In this document: positions 41,001-52,855 of the stretch, piece by piece | Layout of the letters: each line of letters opens with the position of its first letter | Numbering within the stretch: the first letter of the stretch is position 1 | Source: Mizuhopecten yessoensis | Taxonomy: Eukaryota | Reading direction: 5' to 3' | Length of the DNA: 64,000 nucleotides | Assembly: GCF_002113885.1 (NCBI RefSeq) | Contig: NW_018407978.1 | Location: 216,693-280,692, forward strand | Notes under the pieces: model-generated | Told to the model about the DNA's origin: nothing | The model's input: the letters and a program-made list of their open reading frames with translations, nothing else | Databases searched by the model: none | Made by a program: the position numbers and the translations under genes

Positions 41001-44000
41001 TAGCCAGTGATGCGTAATAGTCGTTACATTTGTACTATCACTTTGTAGGATAGCCAGTTAAGTGATATAGTCGTTACAGTTGTACTGTCACTTTGTAGGA
41101 AAGCCAGTGCCGTGTTATAGTTGTTACATTTGTATTGTCACTTTGTAGGAAAGCCAGTTAAGTGATATAGTCGTTACATTTGTACTGTCACTTTGTAGGA
41201 TAGCCAGTGAAATGTTATAGTCGGTACATTTTTACTGTCACTTTGTAGGATAGCCAGTGAAGTGTTTTAGTCATTACACTTGTACAGTCACTTTGTAGGA
41301 AAGCCAGTGACGTGTCATAGTCGTTACATTTGTACTGTCACTTTGTAGGATAACCAGTGACGTGTTATAGTCGTTACATTTGTATTGTCACTTTGTAGGA
41401 AAGCCAGTTAAGTGATATAGTCGTTACAGTTGTACTGTCACTTTGTAGGATAGCCAGTGATGTGTTATAGTCGTTACATTTGTACTGTCACTTCGTAGGA
41501 TAGCCAGTGAAATGTTATAGTCGGTACATTTTTACTGTCACTTGGTAGGATAGCCAGTGAAGTGTTTTAGTCATTACACTTGTACAGTCTCTTTGTAGGA
41601 AAGCCAGTGACGTGTCATAGTCGTTTCATTTGTACTGTCACTTTGTAGGATAGCCAGTGAAGTGTTTTAGTCATTACACTTGTACTGTCACTTTGTAGGA
41701 AAGCCAGTGACGTGTCATAGTCGTTTCATTTGTACTGTCACTTTGTAGGATAGCCAGTAAAGTGTTATAGTCGTTACATTTGTACTGTCACTTCGTAGGA
41801 TAGCCAGTGAAATGTTATAGTCGGTACATTTTTACTGTCACTTTGTAGGATAGCCAGTGACGTGTTATAGTCGTTACATTTGTATTGTCACTTTGAAGGA
41901 TAGCCAGTGACGTGCTATAGTCGTTACATTTGTATTGTCACTTTGTAGGATAACCAGTGACGTGTTATAGTCGTTACATTTGTATTGTCACTTTGTAGGT
42001 AGCCAGTGAAGTGTTATAGTCGTTACCTTTGTACTGTCACTTTGTAGGATAACCAGTGACTTGTTACAGTCGTTACATTTGTACTGACACTTTGTAGGAT
42101 AGCCAGTGAAGTGTTATAGTTGTTACATTTGTATTGTCACTTTGTAGGTAGCCAGTGAAGTGTTATAGTCGTTACATTTGTACTGTCACTTTGTAGGATA
42201 GCCAGTGACGTATTATAGTTGTTACATTTGTACTGTCACTTTGTAAGATAGCCAGTGACGTGTTATAGTTGTTACATTTGTATTGTCACTTTGTAGGTAG
42301 CCAGTGAAGTGTTATAGTCGTTACCTTTGTACTGTCACTTTGTAGGATAGCCAGTGAAGTGTTATAGTTGTAACATTTGTACTGTCACTTTGTAGGATAA
42401 CCAGTGATGTGTTATAGTCGTTACATTTGTACTGTCACTTTGCAGGATAGCCAGTGAAGTGTTATAGTTGTTACATTTGTACTGTCCCTTTGTAGGATAG
42501 CCAGTGACGTGTTATAGTTGTTACATTTGTATTGTCACTTTGTAGGTAGCCAGTGGAGTGTTATAGTCGTTACATTGGTACTGTCACTTTGTAGGATAGC
42601 CAGTGACGTGTTATAGTTGTTTCATTTGTACTGTCACTTTGTAGGATAGCCAGTGGAGTGTTATAGTTGTTACATTTGTACTGTCACTTTGCAGGATAGC
42701 CATTGATGTGTTATAGTCGTTACATTTGTACTGTCACTTTATAGGATAGCCAGTGACGTGTTATAGTTGTTACATTTGTATTGTCACTTTGTAGGTAGCC
42801 AGTGAAGTGTTATAGTCGTTACCTTTGTACTGTCACTTTGTAGGATAGCCAGTGAACTGTTATATAGTCGTTACATTTGTACTATCACTTTGTAGGATAG
42901 TCAGTGAAGTGTTATAGTTGTTACATTTGTACTGTCCCTTTGTAGGATAGCCAGTGACGTGTTATAGTTGTTTCATTTGTACTGTCACTTTGTAGGATAG
43001 CCAGTGACGTATTATAGTTGTTACATTTGTACTGTCACTTTGTAAGATAGCCAGTGACGTGTTATAGTTGTTACATTTGTATTGTCACTTTGTAGGTAGC
43101 CAGTGAAGTGTTATAGTCGTTACCTTTGTACTGTCACTTTGTAGGATAGCCAGTGACGTATTATAGTTGTTACATTTGTACTGTCACTTTGTAAGATAGC
43201 CAGTGACGTGTTATAGTTGTTACATTTGTACTGTCACTCTGTAGGATAGCCAGTGAAGTGCTAGGTTTTAACGGCAGCCTCAGTGAACTGTTATATAGTC
43301 GTTACATTTGTACTATCACTTTGTAGGATAGTCAGTGAAGTGTTATAGTTGTTACATTTGTACTGTCCCTTTGTAGGATAGCCAGTGACGTGTTATAGTT
43401 GTCACATTTGTACTGTCACTTTGTAGGATAGCCAGTGACGTGTTATAGTTGTTTCATTTGTACTGTCACTTTGTAGGATAGCCAGTGAAGTGTTATAGTC
43501 GGTCCATTTGTATTGTCACTTTGTAGGATAGCCAGTGACGTGTTATAGTTGTCACATTTGTACTGTCACTTTGTAGGATAGCCAGTGAAGTCCTAGGTTT
43601 TAACGGCAGCCTCAAGAAAACAAGTTGAAGTGTTATAGTTGTTACATTTGTATTGTCACTTTGTAGGTAGCCAGTGAAGTGTTATAGTCGTTACATTTGT
43701 ATTGTCACTTTGAAGGATAGCCAGTGACGTGCTATAGTCGTTACATTTGTATTGTCACTTTGTAGGATAGCCAGTGAAGTGCTATATTCGTTACATTTGT
43801 ACTGTCACTTTGTAGGATAGTCAGTGAAGTGTTATAGTTGTTACATTTGCACTGTCACTTTGTAGGATAGCCAGTGAAGTGTTATAGTTGTTACATTTGT
43901 ACTGTCCCTTTGTAGGATAGCCAGTGACGTGTTATAGTTGTTTCATTTGTACTGTCACTTTGTAGGATAGCCAGTGAAGTGTTATAGTCGGTCCATTTGT

Positions 44001-45946
44001 ATTGTCACTTTGTAGGATAGCCAGTGACGTGTTATAGCTGTTACATTTGTACTGTCACTTTGTAGGATAGCCAGTGAAGTGCTAGGTTTTAACGGCAGCC
44101 TCAAGAAAACAAGTGTGAAGAGGTAAGTGATTTTTATACTTTTTCACATGATTTAATTACTTTTGGGGGGAATTTATTTATCAATCAGGTCTGCAAGGTC
44201 CTTTTTTTAATGCAGTTGAGTTAAACTGTACAATCTGAGCTGTTATGAACAACTATCTGATACTACATTCCCGGAAGAAGGTGAAATTGATTGAACACAG
44301 TTGATTGGTTTTTTTTAACATTTTGGTTAAGGATCCCCGTACCACTGCCAAAAACTGTAACTAGGTGTTGGAAACTGTTTTTTGAGGCATTACTATAGCT
44401 TGGTAAATCGTTTCTGAAAAGAAAACCATACCTTACAAGACTTTAATGATTAATAATAAAGATGAAATAAACAAAACATATTCAACAGTGTTCTGAGTGG
44501 AAAACAATTCAGCAGTTCTAGACTTGGATTCTACAATGGACTTCAGATTTTTGTCTTGCCGCCACGCAGAGGAAGCCAGGTTTAGGTTTTGCTTTTCCGG
44601 CAAAGGCGGTGTCAACATTAAGTTATTGCGTTCAAGTTAGTTTCTCTGAAAGTATAAGTGCTACACCAACCAAACTTGGACCATAGATGCATCTTAGGTA
44701 GTAAATCTTAATCCTTGCATCAAATGGTGGATGTAGCTTACCTTTCATGGTCCATTGACTTTGTCAGCTTCTCCATCAACATTAAGTTATTGCGTTCAAG
44801 TTAGTTTCTCCAATATGTGCATTGATGGTCAAAGCGAGGCATAGGCAAGACATATCAATCTGAATGGCTTGTTATACCATTACTCTAACAAATGAAGCTA
44901 CCTGGTCATGAAATGGCAAAATTGCCCATGTATCAACTACACTACAGGTATACATCTATGTGCTGATATAAATGTACAAAATGTTGATCAGATCCACTAA
45001 TTAATTGGCTACTCTTTGTTAAGTATGAATTCTACAAAACTATTTACTAGCTATCTTGAAGATTTTTTTTTATAGAAAGGTCTCAAAATTTGTACATATA
45101 AGATTAAGTTTCCCTAGCGTACATGTAAGTATTGTTTTTATTATACTACATTTGATGTATATTGCCTTGTACAGAAGCCCTGGGGGCACCCCAATAGTGA
45201 AACGTAAGCGGCCAACTGGTAAAGGATTAACCCCAATGATGGCTACAGCCTTGAAGAAGAAGTTTGTTGTGAGTATATTTCAGCTTCATGTAAATATATA
45301 TAATCATTACTTGTGCAGAGACGGGGCACATACATGTGAATGTCTTTCCAGATTGGTAAACACATCCGTACGTTACACTGTATGAAATGATTTATGGTTA
45401 TCTTAATACATGTTGGAGGTGTATTTTTTTGTAACTGCCCACCACCCAAGAAAAAGTGAAAGTGTACAAACAGCACACTATAGGTCTGTTTAATAATTCT
45501 TAAATTGTTTTGAATGTACTTCACTAGATCTTTAGAAATCTTAAAACTCCGGATCAGGTTTGATACCTACAGAAATACCTGATATATATTTTTGGATTGG
45601 AAAGTCTGCTGTTTTCATACTTATGATAATGGCTGAAATTCATCAACAATTTGTTTTCTTACTTGAATAATGAACATTTTAAGTCCTATTGATACTTGAA
45701 TCTCTGAAAAAAAGGGTTGTAAATAAAATGAAGGTTCAAGAATACATATGACTGGTACATTTAACCTCCATATTTATGATTACACTTCAGTTTGCGAATG
45801 ACAGTCGTTCATCTAGTGACGATTCCTTAGAAGGATCTCCGTCACCACAGCGCCAAATATCCCCTCTGGCTCGGATTCCAGGTCACGAATCTTCAGTGTC
45901 GCCTAGTCCACGCAAGCGAACCCCACTTGCTGACAATACTAACTAG
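35020..45946 (+). CDS. PRR11: Proline-rich protein 11; exons 35016/35020-35166, 36702-36830, 37276-37491, 38253-38336, 39218-39312, 44066-44122, 45175-45268, 45791-45946 (325 aa from ATG 35020); possible upstream coding exons 32762-32917 and 33915-33952
   Basis: Contains WCSRCLGKSLSVAREKVFP.....ELQ (PRR11 N-terminal coiled coil), a Cys cluster, a P11 tract, VTLEQLQHVKLRR, a KEN box, LKKTSVKRSPGGTP...TGKGLTPMMATALKKKF (human, recalled: RSPGGTP...TGTGLTPVMTQALRRKF) and a C-terminal D-box RTPLADNTN. All introns are GT-AG and in phase. Confidence 0.92.
35272..35446. mobile_element. ~175-bp near-perfect hairpin (Crypton-like non-autonomous element end)
   Basis: ACAGTTGTTTCATGCCTTATCAGTCAACA...CCCGAGG-CCGCAGG-CCGAGGG...TGTTGACTGATAAGGCATGAAACAACTGT. 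Confidence 0.75.
38735..39063. repeat. 43-bp minisatellite, ~7 copies, in a PRR11 intron
   Basis: Unit GGTGGCTCTAGATCTATCACCTTTAACTTAACCTACACCTGAC, period 43 (38761 to 38804). Confidence 0.92.
40228..44081 (+). repeat. 50-bp tandem array (~75 copies) comprising the PRR11 3' splice site plus the first ~16 nt of the next exon
   Basis: Unit GTTACATTTGTACTGTCACTTTGTAG|GATAGCCAGTGA(A/C)GTGTTATAGTC; the last copy is the real acceptor at 44065/44066. Confidence 0.95.
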
Positions 45947-47689
45947 TCTTACATTCTTTCCTACCCTGTAATCCTGTGATATTCTTACTGCTTGTCATCC
46001 TACTGGCTGTGTCATATTTATAACATTTTGATATTCTTTGTTAATTATTTTATTACACTCTCATAACAAATCATAACGATTATTACCTTATTACATGCAG
46101 CTCTTAATTTTTATTAGAATCAAGTTATATATAAATTACTTTAATTTTGAATAATAAAAATATTGCGAGTATTAACTGTTGTCAAAATCATCCCCTTGAT
46201 GTTCACCGCCACGGATGTCGGTACTGTAAAACCTCGTTCTAATTCATTTGAGATGGATCAGGGCATTTGATTGGTCAATCAAAATAATTTGTGACAGTAA
46301 AACCAAGATATACGGTCTGCAAATTTCTCATTTGCATATGAAGCCTGAATGGCGATTGTTAATGAGGTAATTGACCCTGACTGACCCTGACACGTCATGA
46401 AATTGATAATTCATGACGTCACAACAATAGCGTGACCCTGAAAGGTCAACATATTTCAGCCTCACTTTGAATATTTCTGATGCCACCAATCAAGAGCAGA
46501 GAGACCCCAATTTGAAGAAAACCCTCAAAAGTATCTTAAAAACGTCGTTTAGAATGGCGATAACCCTACCCTATTTTGAAATATGCTACATAGTATATTG
46601 TGATTGTACTGTCGCAAATATCCGATTTACTGGTTCTGCTCCATGTCGCCAGTAAAACTCAATTTACGACAGTATAATCAATATATACCGCCTCAAATTT
46701 TAAAATACAATAAGGTTATCCCCTAATTATGCTGCTTTCCCCTTTGAAGATATGTTGTATAGTCGATTAGTCGGTATTTTCATATGCTTAAATGATTAGT
46801 AATTTGCTAAAAAAAAATCATGTTAAATCAAATGTTCATGATTAGTGATAGAAAAGATTTAACTTTATGTTACTGAGGTAAGGGACCTTACTTTGGCTTG
46901 ATATGTGTTTGTATTGAGGTTTACTGAAGTTTGTAAAGATTTTTTTCTGAAACACCTTTTTGTTTTTGGTTTGATTCTGGTACAATGAAAAGCTGCATCA
47001 AATTTAGGTATGTTTTGTGAGGTTTTTTAGAGTTCCTTTTTTTGTACTCGCCAAAAAGTGAAGCTTAGGGAAAAGATGATAGATCTGTTTTTTATGTGAT
47101 TATATCAGTTTGTATATATATGCTTTTGATATATTTTATATTGGTATGTTTGATATATATATATAAATCAATATTGTATATCTCACTTATTGTTTTTGTT
47201 GCATTGTGATCAGTATAAAACAAGAGATCCACCGTCTTGTATGTCATAAATACAGCAGATAGCTATCTTTCACATTTTTTTTTGTAACAGAACTGTATCA
47301 TTAAGTACATAATCGTGCATATGTAGTATCAGTGTGCATCATCACACTGTAGGCATGCATATTTTAGTGATAATCTTATTTAATCATGTTTGAAACATGG
47401 GGCTGAATTATGGTTGCGCAAATATATGAAGTAAAAATGACATTGACCAAGAAATCATTTACACTTTTAAAGGCAGAATGAATGGTTGAACAAGTATTGT
47501 AGTGATAAAATTATATTAATATTTCTATTGTCTATATAAAATTATGGATTGAAATTAACACAAAGTACTGTAAATGCATTTATTTTAGCACTCATAGTTA
47601 AGGGCATTATCAAAATTAATTGATAAGCACATTGATGAATTAGCACACAAGGATAGGAATATAAAGTAATATCTCTAAAAGTGCCTGCA

Positions 47690-48052
47690 TACATCCTAGA
47701 CTATTTGATCAGACATCATAGACTATTTGATCAGACATCCTAGACTATTTGATCAGACATCCTAGACAATTTGGTCAGACATCATAGACTATTTGATCGG
47801 ACATCCTAGACTATTTGATCAGACATCATAGACTAGACATCATAGAATATTTGATCAGACATCCTAGACTATTTGATCAGACATCATAGACTATTTGATC
47901 AGACATCCTAGAATATTTGATCAGACATCACAACTATTTGATCAGACATCATAGACTAGACATCATAGACTATTTGATCAGACATCATAGACTATTTGAT
48001 CAGACATCCTAGACTATTTGATCAGACATCATAGACTATTTGATCAGACATC
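47690..48052. repeat. 22-bp minisatellite, ~16 copies
   Basis: Unit GACATC(A/C)TAGACTATTTGATCA. Confidence 0.92.
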
Positions 48053-49176
48053 TGTTGACACCTTATCTCGACCATAGTTTTACTTCATCTGAAGATTTGA
48101 TTAAATTACGTAATATGTAGTAGATTTTTCTCCCACCTCTGCATATGAATGATACATGTGACCTATTTGTGGGATACGTGTTAGGTGTATCACACAATGG
48201 TGCACTCAGTTACCTGTTCTATTATGATGTCACAATCAGATGACAGTGTTTTATTATGACGTCAAATTGAAAACATGTGAAAACATTGTTTGACTGTTGC
48301 AATATTACTTTTGGCAAGTGACATGACTTTAAGAACACAAGAAACGTTGTTCAAGCTCGCCCAAAGGTATTACATTGATCATTTAAGTTGAGGTATAGCT
48401 TTAGTATACAGTAGTTCTTTTCTTCTCTTTCCAAATATGGCCATAGTTTGTGTATACGTTATCTAGAAACTTTGCTATTGTTAGTGTTGTCTTTGCTTTG
48501 TCTGTCCTGTTATACAAAAAATTCAGATGAGAGATGGGAGAAAAAAGTCATTCAACTTGTAGGTATGTGGGATACAGATATTCTACCCTCGAGTGCAAAT
48601 TTGGTGTCAGAACCTCGGCAAACTCTACACCATCGGGTTGAATACCCATATCCCACATGCCTACATATGATGAGATGCTGTTAGCATTACGACCAGATTG
48701 TGTGTCGTGTAACACTCGGGTCCGTACCCAAAAGTTCAAAGAAAACTGAGGGATCAAAGGTCAAATACTAGTAATATATATGTGTAAAATCTTTGTAAAA
48801 TCAAACAAACCTGCTTTTTACCCATCATTTGTATGAATATACAGAATTATACAGAATAGGATTATTCAAAGTTTAGCAATATATTACTCTTTTTTTAGTA
48901 GTGCAATGCACTGTTTGTGCATGTACATGTACATCAAAATAAATGTTCGCTTCTTGACTGGGAAGCAGAAAACAGCCTTACTTCATGACTGTCCATATCC
49001 TATATTTTTGCCCCAGAGTTATCTTTCCAATAGAAATAGTAGATCATTCAAGTATATGGTAGAGGGTTTATACTTATATATATATATAACCATGAATTTA
49101 TCATCTGTGACACTAATTCATTATAAGTTTGTCATTTTTTTTCCAGAATATTAAAATATAACTTGAAATAGGTTAA

Positions 49177-49411
49177 AGCTGACAGTGCAAGTTAAATATC
49201 TTTCAATTGAGATTTTAAAAAAGAAATTTTAAAAAATCTGGTTTTAAGATCTTCCCCATCTCTTCCAACTATCGTTTCTAAGGAAGTGCGGACATTTCAG
49301 TTTGTCCTTGCTTGGTAACAAGTATGGGTCTCACTGGGTATATAACAAGTGCATTACCCGTCATTATTTTTTTTATCTTAATTGATAGCTTTTTAACTTG
49401 CACTGTCAGAT
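49177..49411. mobile_element. MITE with TTAA TSD (Kolobok-like)
   Basis: TTAA|AGCTGACAGTGCAAGTTAAA...TTTAACTTGCACTGTCAGAT|TTAA. Confidence 0.7.
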
Positions 49412-51078
49412 TTAAGCACTTGATTCAATGGATACCTCATCTGAAGCAATATTTGTATTAAAATGTATGTGATGTATTTGTTATAATCTAATGGCTTTAG
49501 AAGAGCATGTGATATTGTTACTAGAATGTCTTTCATTATCAATCTGTTTATGTGAAATATTTAAATTTCACTGCATATTTGTCACCATTTTCTGTCCTAA
49601 AATTTAGAATTCACAGACCATAGACAATGGGTCTTTGGGGTTTATGTGACATAGGGTAAATGAAATAAGTGATTCCAAAAGACTTTCAGTGTTTTAATGG
49701 TGAGTGTTTATGGGCCTGTCATTAAATTCAATCGCGGAATTGAAATACTGTAGCTATTGTTCTTCTGCTAAAATCTTTGTCTAAAATACATGATTTTAAG
49801 AGAGGCAAGAGGGGTGGAACAATACCAAATTTCTTTCTGCTCTTTCCAAATATGGCTTCAGTTTCTGATTGTGATATCTAGAAAATTTGATATGTTTAGT
49901 GTTGAATTTGCATTGCCTATGTACTGTTTTATCAAAACATTGGTTAAGAGGTGGAGAGAGAAAACATTCATTCATTACGTTGGTATGTGCTGCAGAATTT
50001 GGTGTTGTAACGAATCTCGGCAAAGCTACAGTTCTGGTCCAAATTCATCTCTCACCTTGGGGGTGAGAGATTCTATTAATTCTCCCCGAAACCTTGGGAT
50101 TCTCAACCTGAGGGGGAAGAATCTTAAGTTACTAAACATGAGGCTTTGTTTAGTGTTTGGCAACTAAAGAATCTTTCCCCGAGGGTTGAGATTCCCCTAT
50201 CTCACCCTCAAGGGGGTAAATGATTCTTTTTCTCTTACCCTGTTCACTCATTATGTATCATATACATAATGTAAAGTTAACATTACTGGCTAAATTCAGG
50301 GTTGACGTGACGTTGGTGGATTGTTGATGCGACATCATTGTATTGTTGATGAGTACTACTTTGTACATAAATTGTGGTCACATTGATCTATACTATCCAC
50401 TCAACTGACATCTGCATGTTTTTCAAATATTTCCTAGTTCTAAAATGGACAAAAACGAATGCCAAAAATGTGGTACATGTATGCGGTTCAAGACTGCATG
50501 TCTTATGACATGGTACTAAGTCAGTTAATAGCCCTTTCTTGAAGAATGTGAAATTTCCTCAATTTTCATCCAATTTACCAATGTTTTACTTAGACAAAGT
50601 TGGTTTGCTACTGATTTACTTTAACAACGCAAGTATACATGTATATGTCCCCCTTAATATTACATGTGACTGCCAAATCATGTGATTGTTATTCCGATAC
50701 TTGTATCTCAGAACCGACATATATTGATGTAAAATTATCGCAAGATAGTCGGGATGCTTTAAGAATTTTATATTTACCAAAATATGTTTGTATGCTGTAT
50801 TTAAATAATGTAGACAATATATTATCAGAAACATCAGGTATAAAGAAAGTTCCTGTAGATTATCAATGTTGTCATTATGGTCTTCAGTGTATATGATCAT
50901 GTCATTCAATTAGGTTGAAATTGTATGTGTAGTTCAATTTCCCTTACCTGCGATAAATGATCCATTCCTTTGGGTTACTATATAATTATCATTGTGTTTG
51001 TGGGACTATAAAGGAATTATTGCCTGCATTATTATTGTATGGAACCTGGCTCAGGGTTGATCATGCCCACCCTCAACA

Positions 51079-51173
51079 ATGTAGCTCAACTGGTTAGAGT
51101 AAATAGTGTCAATCGTTCAGAGGTCTGGGGTTCAAATCCCAGTTTGGCCGTGCAATTTTCCTCTCCTGTTACA
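51079..51173 (+). mobile_element. Solo tRNA-like LTR (degraded)
   Basis: TAGCTCAACTGGTTAGAG...GGGGTTCAAATCCC...CTCCTGTTACA. Confidence 0.6.
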
Positions 51174-51529
51174 TTATACTCTACGTAAGTCCATAAAGAT
51201 GTAGAGGAAATGATTTTCTACATATACTTTGGACATGTCAATACATCAAAATATTGCAACCTTATTAAAATCAATCTTAATACCTATCCTCTAATTATGT
51301 GAGAGTATTGTAGAGGAAATGATTTTAATTATATTGAAAATATTGGGATAAGTTAGTTCTATTTTGCTTTTATTACCAGTATAATTATTCATTATTCATC
51401 ATGTGCCAATATCTAAATAAATCATTCCTCAGAATAGAAATTGTTCCTTGTTTTTCATCTTCCATTAATTGTTACATAGATTTAATGAACAAATTTGTAC
51501 ATGCAGCATGTACCATAGGTTAAATGAAC

Positions 51530-52855
51530 AAAGTTGACCCCTGTGACCTTGAACATAATCAAGGTCGTTCACTTGAATAAACTTGGTAGTTCTTAATCCC
51601 AGCATGCTACTGACAGATCAGATATCAACATTCTAGGCCATATGGTTATGCAGAAGAAGTTGTTTAAAGATTTTAACGTATTTGACCCCTGTGACTTTGA
51701 ATATAATTCAAGGTCATTCATTTGAACAAACTTGATAGACCTTCATCCCATCATGTTACAGGCCAAATATCATCATACTGCGACTTTTGGTTATTCAGAT
51801 GAAGTTGTTTTACGATTTTGAACATATTTGATCCTTTTGACCTTGAAAATAAATCAAGGTCATTCATTTGAACAAAATTGGTAGCGCTTCATTCTAGCAT
51901 GCTACTGGCCAATTATCATCATCCTGGGCCTTTTGGTTATTCAGAAGAAGTTGTTTAAAGGTGTGTTTTTTTTAAACAAGTGAAGGTCGTTCATTTGAAC
52001 AAACTTGGTAGCCCTTCACTCCAACAGGATACTGGTCAAATATCATCACACTGGGCATTTTGGTTATTCAGAAGAAGTTGTATAAAGCTTTAAACATATT
52101 TGACCCTTAATTGTGGCCTTGAATATAGGTAAAAAGGTTATCTCAGCATGCTACTGGCCAAATTTCATCACCATGGGCATTTGGGTTATTCAAAAGAAGT
52201 TGTTTAAAGTTTTTAACAAATTTGACCCCTGTGACCCTAAATATGAGTCAAGGTCATTCAATTGAACAAACTTGGTAGCCCTTATTCTAGCATGCTACTA
52301 CCTAAGTATCACCATCATAGGACTTTCAGTTATTGAGAAGAAGTTGTTCAAAGGTTTTAAACATATTTCACCATTGTGACCTTGAATATTTGTCAAGGTC
52401 ATTCATTTTAACAAACTTGGTAGCCCTTCATCCCAGCATGTTACATGCCAAATATCATAAACCTAGGCCTTTTGGTTATTCAGAAGAAGTTGTTTTAAGG
52501 CTTTAAACATATTTGACCCCTGTGACCTTGAATATATATAAAGGTCATTGATTTGAACAAACTTGTTAGCCCTTCATCCTAGCATGTTACTGGCCAAATA
52601 TCATTATCCTAGTTCTCTTAGTTATTCAGAAGAAGTTGTTTAAAGATTTTTCAAGACAATTGACCCCTGTGACCTTGAAATGGATGAAGGTCATTTATTT
52701 GAAAAAACTTGGTAGCCCTTCATCCTCGTTTGCTTCTGGCCAAATATCATCCTAGGCCTTTTGGTTATTGAGAAGAAGTTGTTTAAAGTAAAATATTGAC
52801 GCCGCACCATGGCATAAGCTCACTTGGCCCTTCCAGGGCCAGGTGAGCTAAAAAC
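51530..52855 (+). mobile_element. Helentron-associated (HINE-like) element with an internal ~147-bp tandem array (~9 units)
   Basis: Repeated TTTGACCCCTGTGACCTTGAA...AAGGTCATTCATTTGAACAAACTTGGTAGCCCTTCATCCCAGCATG...GAAGAAGTTGTTTAAAG, and a 3' hairpin AGCTCACTTGGCCC-TTCCA-GGGCCAGGTGAGCT followed by an A-tract. Confidence 0.8.
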
